Source: Bigelowiella natans CCMP2755
Taxonomy: Eukaryota > Protista > Cercozoa
DNA: 64,000 nt
Assembly: GCA_000320545.1 (NCBI GenBank)
Contig: ADNK01001884.1
Span: forward strand, 1 to 64,000
Direction of reading: 5' to 3'
Shown here: positions 13,776 through 26,670 of the stretch, piece after piece
Layout of the letters: every line of letters begins with the position of its first letter
Numbering within the stretch: the first letter of the stretch is position 1
Notes under the pieces: model-generated
Database searches by the model: none
Seen by the model: only the letters and a program-made list of their open reading frames with translations
Told to the model about the DNA's origin: nothing
Position numbers and translations under genes: made by a program

Positions 13776-15320
13776 TATGGCAAGCCCCAAGAGCAACAAA
13801 TCTAGCAAAAAATTCACAAAAACAACCCATTCTCAAAACCTCTACAAGGACAATTTTGACTCTGGTCCAGCGCTTCTGAATAGACTCAAGGTAGTAATTT
13901 TTATTTGTTGCGTGTTTTTCTGAAGAGAAAATGCGCTTTCAGGAAGAACTATCAAGCATCACACAAGATAAAGTTGATCCAATGACGAAGAGGTTCATGC
14001 TCACTTGAAAATCCAGGAACAATGTTTGATGCAACATTTGATGTTCCTGCAGCATTCAGACTTCGTACCTGAATAAACAATTGGGGGAGATTTATAAGCG
14101 AAGGTTGTCCATCTGAGATCTTCTGCGAATGAATATACTAACAGAATTTTACAACTTCTTACAGACAAAATTGTGTTGACAAAGAGCGAGCTTTAACCCA
14201 AAAACTAAAAGAACTTCTTAGGAACAAGGTAATTCTTTTAACTGGGGCAGAACATCTAGTTGCTTAACCTTCATTAACACTCGTAGGTCGAAGAAGCAGA
14301 CGAAAAAGTGAAACTGTACGTAGAACTTACCCACTCTCCCTCCCATGGCACTAAGTTAGACAAGTTATTCGATGAAAGTTCAATGAACGGTTTTGTCGGT
14401 TGGAGATTATCAGATACATCAGATATTAATTTGTATGATGTATATCCTGAGTGGAAGCAAGAAATCAACACATCGCTTGATAATTTGTCCTTGGGCATAT
14501 CTTCAGGGTTCAGAGAATCGTTACAGTATCAGCACAGCCTGGATATATTGAGTATCCAGAAGAGAAAAAACAGGATACAGAAGATGTCCAAAAGCTCACC
14601 AATGAGTAGGCCATATCATATATACAGAAATATAACTTGTTTTCAAAAGAATATGTCGCCTTTCATATCTCTGTTTTCTTCTCAATCAGACTAGAGAATC
14701 TTCAGAGGGAAATAGAAAACATGGATTTAGAGGCAATGAAGTTGAGAAAGGACTCTAAGAACAAGCAAGAAAAATACACTGGCGATCTAAATCGCCATTG
14801 CCAACGAATTCATGATGTAAAACACCTGTAGATAGTATTTTCAATGAATCCTGCTTCGAAGATTCATTACATAAAGGAGTATATTGAATCAGGCACGCAC
14901 AGGAAAAACCTCTCCTAAAAACAAAACAAAAGGCTCTTCTAATGATGTCAACACGCAAGTCACATCTTTTCGGCAGGTGGGAAATGCTACATGGCAAGCG
15001 CATACTTCATTCGCATAGTTCATTTTTAAAGTTCGGATCCCTTGCACGTTATAGTGGTTCTCAGATTATGGAAAGCCAAATCTAAAAGGATCTAAAGAGT
15101 CACCGATGCTCTCCACTTTCCAGCCAAGCAGAACGAGACTGAAGAACTATGGTAAGCACTACTATATTTCAATTTATTATATGATCGTCTGATAAAGATG
15201 ACGGACACTCTACTGTTCCAGGAATCGGAGATAACGGCAAGCAAGAGCGCACCACAGGAAATACGAGCAAAGGCGTGCGCCTAAAACCTGGGAAGATTCT
15301 TTCCTCTTAGACTCTAAGTT
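13776..15320 (+). CDS. Hypothetical multi-exon protein with coiled-coil segment
   Basis: ATG-initiated exon MASPKSNKSS...LLNRLK followed by GT donor; later LENLQREIENMDLEAMKLRKD heptad-like exon; no family recognised. Confidence 0.4.
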
Positions 15321-15599
15321 GTGACAACATCAATTACCAGTTGATATTTTATTTCCCATGCCATGTGACACTGCGACGCAATTTTGGCTCGGTAGGTAGC
15401 CTGTAAAGGCTCACGGCTCCTACATCGCAAGTAATAGTAGTGGGCAATCTTCTATAGATGCATGCATAGTCTGTCACTCACAACGCACACATGCACGCTC
15501 TAGCGCTATATCCAAATTCATTATGCAACAGCTTGCATGAATTGCATGAATTGAATTTAATTTGTTCAATGTGGTCTTCCTCATTGTATGCGCACATAG

Positions 15600-16035
15600 C
15601 TGTGCGCGCGCGCGCAATATGCAGTAGCGCTATGTGTGTACAGCGCTAGCTAACATGTTGAATCTGTTGGTCCATGCTCCGCTATGTGTGCAATTTGTGC
15701 TACATGTGCATGTGTTCTGTGTGATCGTGAGCAATGATGAACACGTGCACACAACACCGGCTAGCTAGCTAGCTAGCCGGACATCTACATGGGCCATGCT
15801 AGCATGATCGACATAGACACAGAAATGCCACATGTCATTGCACATTGCATGCTACATGTGTGTGCATGCGTAGCTATGCGAACTCTTGCACACATGCACC
15901 GTGCGAACAGTGCGCAGCTATGTGATCGATCATGCATGTGCGATGCTGCTGTGCTACGTACACGACAGCACACATTTTTTTGTGTGTTCCATCGATCGCA
16001 TGCACATGCACATGCATGCATGAATGCACTAACCC
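15600..16035. other. TpA-depleted, CATG/TGCA-rich intergenic tract flanking LINE copy 1
   Basis: Dense catg/tgca/caca; residual TA mostly CTA/TAG; (CTAG)n at about 15761-15776. Confidence 0.85.
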
Positions 16036-17938
16036 TAACACCCCTCTCAACGGGAGAACGATTTCTCTCCTACAAATGGCTTCAAAAATGGAAGACAAAC
16101 TAACAGAACAACGGCTCCGCGAAGCTGTGCCCCCCAAAAACATTGGCATGCATCAGCATGCATTCATGAAAAATCGATCCTGCGAAACTGCACTCACAAA
16201 GATGACGCAGTCAATCGAGGATGGAGTGTGCAACAAAAAGCTTGCAGCCATCCTGTTGTTCACAGATGCCTCTGAAGCTCATCCAAAAGCCTGGCATTCC
16301 GGCATGACACGCAAGTTGCATGACAAACACGGAATGCGAGGCTCGCTGTTGCTGTGGATCGACGACTGGCTCAGAGATCGCACCGCCAGATTCAGATTTG
16401 GCAATGCTCTCTCTGAGCACATGAACCTTGGGAGCGGCGTCCCCGAAGGATCATCTCTCAGCTGTTTCCTTTTCATGACCTGTTGCGACATTTGCGAACG
16501 TGTTGCCAACACAGATTTCCAAACGTGCTGTGACGACGTTGCCCCCTGCAAATTGTTTTCGCCAAACCGATGGGGGAAAATGCAAGATGACATCCAGGCC
16601 GACCTGAACCAAATGACGGACTGGTGCATGAAATGGCGGATGCGATTCAATGGGGACAAGAGCGGGCACCTTGCAATTGACAAAAGAAACAAAGCCCACC
16701 GACACCAAACCTCCTGGAACATCTCTCTCAATCTCCAAGGAAAAATGAAAAGAGTCGACAGCGGCAGATGTCTCGGACTGATCTTCGACAACAAATTGAC
16801 CTTTGAAAAACATGCTCTTGCTTCTCACCTGAGATTGCAAAAGAAGCGAAGGTTTTTGTTGAGGTTGTGTCATTCCAGACACCTTGTGCCGCTGAATGTC
16901 AGACTGAAATTTTGCAAATCATGGTTCCTTGCATCCAGCAGACACGCTGCTCCAATGTGGAGATCACGAAGAAACATGCGAATGAAACAGATGGATTCCA
17001 TGGAATCCCAAACCCTGAAACGCACATTGGGATCACCTGGATCCATCTCCAACGACGTCCCCCACGTCCTCACTGGCACGTTGCCACCCCGACATCAAAC
17101 TGAAGTGCAGTGTGCCAAATCATGGTTGCGCACTGACGCATGGATCGACACAGGCAGCGGTCCTCAAATCCATGAGGGAACAAATGATTGGAGCAGTTGT
17201 GGCTTCATCATTGAAAATCGAAAAATGTCAGATGGCACATCGTGGATTGATGTGCCCACACACACGTGGAACAAAGCATCCTTGTTTCGACGGCTCAAAT
17301 CGATCACTGACGACTTGTTAGGTGACGAATTGCCCACCGTTTTGGCGACAACAGAGGCGCTGAAAAAAGAACTGAAAAAACATCACAAGGTGATGAAGTC
17401 TTGTGCTTTCAACGAATTCGAAGAGGAATGATCCAATGATTCATTGCGCGCTGTGCATCTCAAGAATCTTGGTTTCCTCCCGTCATCTTCGATCACCGGC
17501 ATCAAACTGAAACTTCCAAGTGTTGCTACATCATGGATGCGCGCCATCTGTGGTGTCGGCAATCTTGGCAAATTCATGCTGTCACGTGGACAATGCACAG
17601 AGGAAGATGCCACGTGCGATGCATGTGGCATCCTGAAGGACATGGATCATCTCCTGCAATGTCCAACACATGGTCGAGAACAAATCAGATTGCGCAATCA
17701 AATGCGCGCGATCATGAATCGCAACGACGACACGAACCGGTTGACAAAGGCTGAAATTGAATCCAGAACTGCTGCGCGCAGTGCGCGGCAACATCGGTCG
17801 CATGAGGACGCTTTCAAATGCATGAAACACATTGTGGCAGAAACCAACAGATGCAACATTAGCGCTGTAGCCGCTGCATTGCACAGCTACATCAGGATGA
17901 CCATTGAAAAAATTTAATTCTTCATCACATCCGTCTCA
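16036..17938 (+). mobile_element. Non-LTR retrotransposon (LINE) copy 1, 5'-truncated, hypermutated pseudogene
   Basis: RT motifs RTISLL, GSGVPEGS, CCDD (for YxDD), RCLGLIFDNKLTF, C-terminal CxxC..H..C knuckle; about 96% identical without indels to 33588-35490; premature TGA at 17429-17431. Confidence 0.95.
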
Positions 17939-18148
17939 TATGTATGAATAGCTAGATGCCCACTCTAGCACTGCTACCTAGCAGCTAGGAACATCTTGCA
18001 TAACGTACATGGCACGTACACGTCGTGACTAGCCCAGGATTGGACAATCCAAAAACAAATATGTGCAGCAGAGCGGGTAGTAGCTAGTAACGCAGTGCGT
18101 GAGCGTCGCTCACAGCATAGCTGTAACGCGTTGCACTAGTGTTCTTAG

Positions 18149-18184
<36 letters not shown>

Positions 18185-18317
18185 GATTACTCTGTGTTAC
18201 AGTAACACACCAAAAAAACTGCCAAGTTGTATAGGCTTACAAATATACACCATATACACACAAAATATGCCATACGCACATATAATATGTTTATATAAAT
18301 AATATATAATTATGTGT

Positions 18318-18377
<60 letters not shown>

Positions 18378-18378
18378 A
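18149..18378. repeat. Intact (TA)n and (TG)n microsatellites in AT-rich DNA
   Basis: Perfect TA runs near 18151-18181 and 18322-18360 followed by a TG run. Confidence 0.9.
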
Positions 18379-18910
18379 TATACTATTACTATTTTTTTAT
18401 TCTAGACATGAGTGTTGTCTGTTGTGTGTGTGTGTGTGTGTACGTGTAAGGGGGAGAAGAGAGAAAGAGAGAGAGAGAGAAGTAGGGGGGAGGGGGAGGA
18501 AAAAGGGAACTAAGAAGAAGAAAAGAGAGGAATTTGTGTGTGTGTGCATATGGTTCATTGCATATAACAGAAAATTATACAAAAAATACAATGAATAGCA
18601 ATTTGGATCAATAAATATGTGAATGTTATGTCTGTGTAATCTATACAGAGATAATTCTGAACTGCTACTCGATAAGGCTGGAGCAAAATAACTATCCCAC
18701 CCCGTATGACATATAAATTTTAAAAAATCTAAATGTGTATAAGGGGGAGGTGAGAGAATGTGCAGTGGCAAACATATATTATTGAGAATAGTATGAAGGT
18801 AGTAAATACAAACATGCCATGTCTGATCATCTTTGTGTGACTTCAGCTCAATTTGTTAAAGTAAAACTTATCATGCGCATCATTGTCGACTAATTATCAT
18901 CTGAGATAAT

Positions 18911-19439
18911 TTACTTCGAAGCAGGCTTCCTAGAAGGGGCAGTAATATCTGTACGAACAGGGAAAATAGAATCAGGCATATTATCGGGAAATTTTTTTGA
19001 ATACATTCATTATATTACTTTCGCGGAATCCGTTCTTGAAACGGCGAGGGATGTGCTTCATGTACTTCATACGCCCTGTTCCAACCGTTCTACGGCGCTT
19101 AGCCTTGTTAGCCCAGTTGACTAAAATTTAGAGATGTGATTATTGGGTAAGAAATATAATGTAAATATATAAGAGTAGCATTTAACATTTTTTATCTCGC
19201 TTGAAATTAATCCTTGGACTTACATCGGCGCATCTTCTTGCCAGGGTAACCACATGAGGAGCAGACCCCCTTCTGGATGTGGAAGGACGACTTTCCGCAC
19301 CGGCGGCAAAGTGTGTGAGATTTGTCGTTACGAGTTCCGGTACGACCAACACCTTTTGTCTGTAAAAGAAAACGATTTAGCGCATAGTAGGTACGAGAAG
19401 ACGATGCACGGTAGGGAGGGGGCGCAGGTGGCTCACCAT
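18911..19439 (-). CDS. RPL37: 60S ribosomal protein L37 (eL37), 4 exons, 92 aa
   Basis: Exons 19437-19439, 19224-19359, 19019-19120, 18911-18948 splice to MTKG...[25 protein letters not shown]...[12 protein letters not shown]...RRFKNGFRE; not present in the ORF track. Confidence 0.97.
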
Positions 19440-20049
19440 GGCGGATTCGGAGTTAGACCTCGGCGAATTTCAGCCGAATTAATAATTCTATAAAATTTAG
19501 TATACTGCCAAAAACGATCCTTATTACTTCATAACGACAAAAAATATTGCTCTTCAGATAGATTTTAATATTTGGAAGGCACTTTGTGATAGTTCTAACC
19601 TTATTTTGTTGTCGTCATGGGAAAAATAAGTGGAAGACAGATTCAGCTTGTATCTCTCGGGACTCTCCGGAACCTTCGGCATATCGGAGATATGACTCCC
19701 AAAGTTATTTATTGACTTTTTATGAGAGATCCGATGTAAAATAGAGTGTAATTTATCACAATTTTCATGGTCTCTGTCTAATAATGCATGAATTATCATT
19801 TTGTATTCTATTGAAATTTGAAAACTATATCTTAGAATCAGTCGGCTTGACCAAATGGCGCCGGCAGGATTTTTACCCCCCCACATAACAAGGGGTACAT
19901 ATTGTGAGCCATCGATTTGTGGATGGAAAGATTATTTCCTTCAAAAAATAACTGTTCAATGAGATCGTAGATTGCGAGGAGAGAAAAGAGTGAGGTATTT
20001 TGTTGTCTCTCATTCCAGTTCTTTGTTTGAATTGTTCGCTCCTCAGGGA

Positions 20050-22662
20050 ATGGTTAGGTTGAAACCTATCCGTTACCGTCTCTACCTGTTGACAACCATC
20101 TCGTTGGTTTCCTGGGCTGTTTTATGGGCAACGATATCACATCCCACAGCCAGAGGACAGGGTCTTGCTTCGACCTTACAGAGGCTGCGCGGCGAGAGAG
20201 ACAAGGCAGCAAAGCCTAACCAAAGGATAAATGCTCCACCACCTCGCACGGACATCCTTCAGACGATGATTCGAGCGGCAAAAGCAGGCGATTCATCAGC
20301 ACAGGTGCAGATGGCGAAGACTTACCAGAAGGGACTTCACGGCATTAAACCGAACCCTGAGGAGGCTTTCAAGTGGTACAAGGCTGCTGCTGTGGCGAGC
20401 AACAAGGAAGCCTTGCGAGAGGTAAGCTCTTGTCTGTTCCAGGGTATCGGAATCCGGAAAAATGCCACGCAGGCTGTGCAGTGGTGAGACAAGTTCTCTA
20501 CACATACCATGAAAAAAAAAAGGACGAAAGGAAAAGGAATGGTTTTGTTTTCACGCAACCGTTCCTTGCTTATCTCTTTAGGTTGCGAGCGGCAGCCAGA
20601 CGGGGTGAGGTACAGGCAATGACTCAATTGGCCCTTATGATTCAGGTTGTAAACCCTTGTCTCTCGTAACAACAACTGCTGCAAAGGATGTGGTGTTGTG
20701 CATACATGTAATTGCCTCTCCTTCGATTTGTCGATCAGAACAAGAGCGTCGTTGCTGAAGGAGGACCATGGGAGTGCCAGATGCTCCTTGCTCACGCCGC
20801 TGAGGCTGGATTTGCCATGGCAATGCGCGAGTGAGTAATGCCGCACTTTATGCTGCTACTGCTTTCATTTTCCTTTGGGGACAAAAGCTTGGCTAACCGT
20901 CTTTAAACATTTTAACCAAAAAGGTACGGCAAGTTGCGGCTGGAAGGAGGGTTCGTGGATGAGGGCATTTCTTGGTGGGATTATTAACATTAACATTAAC
21001 ACCTGCAACATAAGTTTCCACGGCTGCATCGTTCCCTTCCTAATCCTCTGTTGTCCGACCGTCTACCACTACTACTACTCTACTACACAAACATTATAGG
21101 TTACTCAAGGCAGCAACAAGAGACGACCCTCCAGCCTGTATGGAAATAGCGAGGGCGTATCAACTTGGACTAGGAGTTCCTATGGATCCGCAACGAGTAG
21201 TACACCAACACTTTTTTTTCTTGCGATCTCAAGCTCTCAGCACATCACGAGTATCTCTAAAGCTCCCAATTATCTTTCTATCTCTCTCTCTCTCTCTCTC
21301 TGGTACCTCTTCAATGTTCTCAGGCTGTGCGCTACTATACCGCAGCAGCGAACAAGGTGGTGTGAAGAGCTTGATTCATTCTCATATCATTCGCATCCTA
21401 CTCTTCCTTTCTCTCATTCCCAAACCAACGCCACGTGTCTAAGCGATGTGTCAAAACATGCGCGCAGGGCATCGAGGCAGCCGTCGTTGCGCTCGGGGAC
21501 ATGTTCCACCACGGCCATGCTGGTAAGAGGACGCCATCACCCTCAACCGTCGTCATCACGCATTCTCTACACGCATGCACGCTCACACCCATAAACGCAC
21601 AGGAGGTGCTGTCGGCGTAGACCTCCGGCAAGCAATCTACTGGTACACTCGAGCTGCAGAGGAGGTGAGCGTTCAGGGTGGAGCGTAGTTTAGGGGGGGG
21701 GGGGGGGAGGGGGGATGCCGCGCAATGTGATGGCAGTATTTAACGCAAACGCGGCGCTCTGAGCAGATTCCTGGGAGGAATGTTTCCGTGGGATGTTTCT
21801 CAACGCTGAATCGATTTTGTAGAGATATATTGCGCTCGGTGTAGCCATCGTTATAACCAAAATTATCCTCTCTTATCAGCACCAGCACACTGAAAGCATG
21901 TTCCGCCTTGGTGGCTTCTATGAGCGTGGTCGCGAGCTAGGTGAAAATAACCACCATCCATACACCTACCGCGTGTGGGTAGAGGAGGGGGTGGGGGCTG
22001 AGGCAACGGGGACACAGATAGTTCTTGTTAAGTGGTGAAAGACAATTAGCGCAGAGCCAATCATCACGTCAGGCCGTCATCGTTGTCGTCGTCATCACCG
22101 CCGCCCCCCCCCCCACACAATGATCGGAATCGTCATATTTCGTTGTCTAATCGTCAGAGGGAAGCCCGGTGGAGCGAGATCTCGGCAAGGCCAATATGTA
22201 CTACACGAGGGCAGCGCAACTGCGGTAGTAGTATTCGCATTTTAAGAAAATAGAAATTACGTCGAGATGGATCCCTCTCTCTGGCGTTCTTTGTGATCCC
22301 CTCCTTTCCCCCACCCCTCGTCCTCGGCACACAGGTCCTCAGACGCGCAGGAGGCGCTGGCACGACTACATACCAAAGGTAGTATCGACTGCCCTCCCCT
22401 CCCTCTCGGCAATACTGATGAAGGTTTTTCCGGCCGAGCAGTAGTGCCATGAGCTCACAACTGCGCATGATGATTTCTTTCGAATCGGAAGCAAATATCC
22501 TGGGTCCTTACCCTCTTTCTATGGGTCTGATATGGTGCTGAACACACCTGGCTCTTTAAATTTGCAAGAGAAAGGGGATCACTTGTTGGTCACCAGGCTT
22601 GATTTTAGCTGTTTATTGAAGCTCTCCATGCTTTAACGAACCGTTCCTCGAGCACATAGCCA

Positions 22663-22697
<35 letters not shown>

Positions 22698-23863
22698 TTT
22701 CCCAATCTACTGAGTATGAATTGATAGAGATATGTATATATTGTTGTGATGTGCGAGGATGATTGACGTCATCATCCTCCATCAATGCGATCCATTGTCC
22801 GTGCTCTTGGCATAAATCATCCTCATTCTAATACGACTACTACTCCTCCTCCTCCTCCTTACTACCACAACCACGCAGCTATATTCGAGAGTAAGCAGCC
22901 CCATCGCCAATTGGTGCTACGTTCCACGAGGTCAGCAGCAAAACTGGAAGAAAAGAAGAGCTATAATATACTGATTAGAAGTTGAAGCTATATTTTAACT
23001 GCTTCACGTGACCTTTCCAGCAGCAGCAGCAGCAGCACACGCATCATCGTCGTCATCATCATAATCATCATCATCATCATAACATATTAACAGGAGCATG
23101 CATGTCTGTGGGGAGATATACGGCATTCCCTGGCCGCTTCGAGTGCTGCTGGATACGGGTTCCGACTGCGACCTCATCAGCAAAGAGTGTGCGGAGAGGT
23201 AGCCAATGATGCTGAATTTCATGGATGATGACGATGATAATGACGACGAAAGATGGTGACGACGATGATGAAACTAAGTGCGCGGGTGATACGATTGCGC
23301 AGGCTGATGTTCTCCAACAAGCACCAGACGCCTCCCCCACTACAACTTAACCCTGCCGCGCGTTCTCGTTCAGTAGTCCCTGGCCTGAGGGTGCGCCTCA
23401 AGGGACTGAAAAAGACCCGCGAATTGAATGATATGGCGGGAACCGTTGTCGGCGCAGGACGCGGCTCTCCACAAAGATATCCTGTGGTGCGTGCGTACGC
23501 GTTCGATAAGAAGGAAGCAATCCTTTACACACGCGAGAACAGTAGTAGTAGTAGCAGCAGCAGCAGCAGCAGCAGCTCACAACACCGCCGCACCCCCATT
23601 CCCGCCATGACGATCATTATTGTCATCAATCGTGAAGGTGCTGGATTCTTCGAGCAGGATTGTGACTGTGAAAGAGTCCAACATGGTACTACTACTACTA
23701 CTACTACTACTACTTATTATGATAATAATACCACTAGCACACTTCTCCACAAGATCGGCATGCATCTGTCATGGGGATTGGTGGTTTTGGTGGTGGTACT
23801 GCTGCGAGCCTCTCCTCACTCACTCACTCACCCACTCACTCACTCGCTTACTCTGCTGCTGTT

Positions 23864-23919
<56 letters not shown>

Positions 23920-24858
23920 CTCAGGAATACGACTTGAAGAATCCAAACCCCCTCGCCACCATCGTTTGTCGTCACCCCGAACGGTAGCACATATCATCAT
24001 GTTCCAATCATGTTTCTCACATCCAAGCTAATCCTCTATCCTCTCATCTTCGCATTATTCACATTATTAACCTCGCCCCCCCCCCCCCCCCCTTCTCCCC
24101 TACATTCTGCCTTTGGCTTTTTCCAGGCATAGAGAGAGCGGAGAGGATTGCTGGATCGCTGCCTCTTCCTCTGCCCACCCCCACCGCCGCCTCCGCCGTG
24201 GAGATGATGGAGGAGGAGGTGCTGCGGACTTTTGCCACGTGGTGTATCCTCCGGGGCCTCGCTCAGGCAACGTCTGGCTTGTTGATAGTAAGTTGAGCTT
24301 TCTTGCCATTAATGGTGTATGAAAATGAGGATGGGAACGATGTGATTCATTGGGTGGGGAGAGATGTAGATGTAGATGTAGATGCCAACGAATGCGTATG
24401 ATGGGAACCCCAACACCAGCAGCTGATGGATGGTATTGTATTGCTATCTTCTTTGCCCGCAGACAACAGGATCAGATGCTTCTCCGGGTCCCCCCCCTCC
24501 TCCTCAAAAGACGGAGTGCGTATTGGAACGGCCATCGAGGCCAAGCTCTCCATCGGTACTGCGACTGCTATGCCCATCTCCATTGATGAAAGAACGATGA
24601 TGAAAGAACGATGATGACAATAATATAATCGTAACAATTGCGACAATCCTAGGGCCTGAGGACCGGTTCAGATTGCTCAGAGTGTACCCGGAGAAGCGCG
24701 ACCGCGTTGGTTGGGACATTCTCCTCGGAACAGACGGCATCGCCGACTTCAATCTTCGGCTCGAGCTGCATAAAAACGCGTCGTTCGTGAATGCGCTCCC
24801 GGCAGGCCCCCGGGGCAGGCACCACTGGGTTCTCCGTCCGCTTCAGAGAAACACGTAG
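20050..24858 (+). CDS. Signal/TM + Sel1-like repeats + retropepsin-like aspartic protease; many exons
   Basis: Sel1 repeats (AQVQMAKTYQKG..EEAFKWYKAAA; AVVALGDMFHHG); VLLDTGSDCDLIS near 23140-23180; DILLGTD near 24715. Confidence 0.75.
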
Positions 24859-25478
24859 CTGGCGCCGATCCAGGAAGGGAGATTATTAGTTTTTATCAAT
24901 GTTATTATTTAAGTTGAGTGGGGAATATTCTTAGCCATTTTTTCATTTTAACGCAGCAGCAGCAGCAGAGTAGCTGCAGCAGTAGTTCAGTTGTAGTAGT
25001 AGTAGTGGTAGTAGTTGTTGTAGTCTAGTAGTCCGTGGTAGTTGTAGTAGTAGCAGTTGTAGTAGTAGTAGTTGTAGTAACAGTTGCAGTGGTAGCAAAA
25101 TGCTAGAACACGTCCAAACGTACGTGTGAGTCGATAAGTATTTAGCTTACGCTTGTGAATTATTGCATATATCTAGATATGCACTTTACTTACGTGTAAA
25201 TTAGTGTATATATCTGGATATGCAACCCGTACATGCTAACATGTGCATGCAGCAATGTACGTCGAAATGTACAAATTTGATATTCAATCACGATAGTCGA
25301 ACACGATGCATTCATGCCAGCTCATCTAGTCATGCTTGTGCATGTGGGAAATTGTTATCAATGCGGATACTGCTAGCTAGCATGATATAGTTCATCTACG
25401 CGCCTCGTGTGTGCATGGATGGAAAGCTTGCATTCTAGCATTGCGTTGATTGCATCTGCGGTCTACATGAAGCGCTAG

Positions 25479-25569
25479 AGCGCTGTAGCCGCTGCTTTGC
25501 ATAGCTACACACAAGTTAGTTGGGATGACTATTAGAAAATTTTAATCACTTCATTACATTCGTCTTATA
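25479..25569 (+). mobile_element. LINE copy 3: short diverged 3'-terminal fragment
   Basis: agcgctgtagccgctgc..gctaca..ggatgac..cttcat..cgtct matches 17861-17940. Confidence 0.85.
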
Positions 25570-25920
25570 AATCGGCGCATAAGGCTGTAATATCTAGCTT
25601 GGCTAGGTCATGTCTAGCAATGTTACGTTATTAAGGGCTATGCAATTCTAGAATGCTAGAATGGCCTAGCTAGCTAGCAAAGTATGAAAGCATGCACATA
25701 ATAACTCATTAGTGTGTGCCAGCTAGCCAGGCTATAGCTTAATAGCAGGCCTGTCTAGCCGTAGTGGTAGCGTGAGTGTTCATTGCTAGATTGCAAGATA
25801 ACCGTCTTTGATAATGATGTTACGTTCTATTTCGAAGAGCCAGATTACTCACATGTACTACGATCACAGGCGTACATGTACACAGCAAACCCATTCCTGC
25901 ATTACCCACTGCAGAAAGGA

Positions 25921-26631
25921 TTATTGATTGAGAGTTTGAAGGCCGCGCTGAATGTCTGATGCTTCCGTAAACGTCAGCGTCGTTCCAAGGGGATTGTAGG
26001 TCGGAGTCGCCGCCACACATTCCCACCTAGATTGGAGTTATTATCAAGAAAACGATAAACTTTCGATAAGGGCCATGTAAGCAGAAACGAATAATATCTT
26101 TGAATCACTGATATCGCCAGAATGGTCGATTTAAAAAAAAAAACAATGGCGGATGCACGAAAGTAGAAAGCCTGAAAATTCAGATACATATGGCATCTCA
26201 GGGGAATACCTATCCGGAAGAAGCTTCTTCGCCTTTAGTCTTGTGACAGTTGTTGCATATGGATGACCGCCGTCCTGGAAGCAGGAAACACATCAATGTC
26301 GTACCAAAATTACAAATCACAACAATCACACTTTGATGGAGTGCTATTTGCTTAGGAGAGGTGGAAAGAACAGAATTAGCGCATCAGTCAACTGCTTCCT
26401 ACCTTGCAGATATCAGCGAAGAGAACAGCTTTCAGGTTGGGCATTAGCTAGGCGTTGGGGAGTTTGCAACGACAGAAAAGCAACAAAGTGTTCAGAGAAA
26501 GCAAATAGAATGCGGGGGACTAACAAACTATGTAGAAGAAGAAGAAGAAAACGAGAACAAGGAGGAGGAGGAGGAGGAGGAGGAGCAGAAGGAGGCATGG
26601 CGCATGAGGAATGAGGCGGGGTGATGCAGGA

Positions 26632-26670
<39 letters not shown>

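Noticed and set aside
13776-15320. Hypothetical gene next to LINE copy 1 as the mutator enzyme
   Set aside because: No HxE/PCxxC deaminase or methyltransferase motif seen
16029-16038. Telomere-like CTAACCCTAA at the 5' junction of copy 1 (similar near 55239)
   Set aside because: Under two repeat units; may be chance
16036-17938. ADAR-type editing of the retrotransposon RNA as sole explanation
   Set aside because: Both A-to-G and T-to-C occur on one strand, and flanking non-element DNA shows the same conversion
18397-18771. Possible 3' remnant of another LINE (FLKFICHTG followed by simple repeats)
   Set aside because: Too little similarity to support
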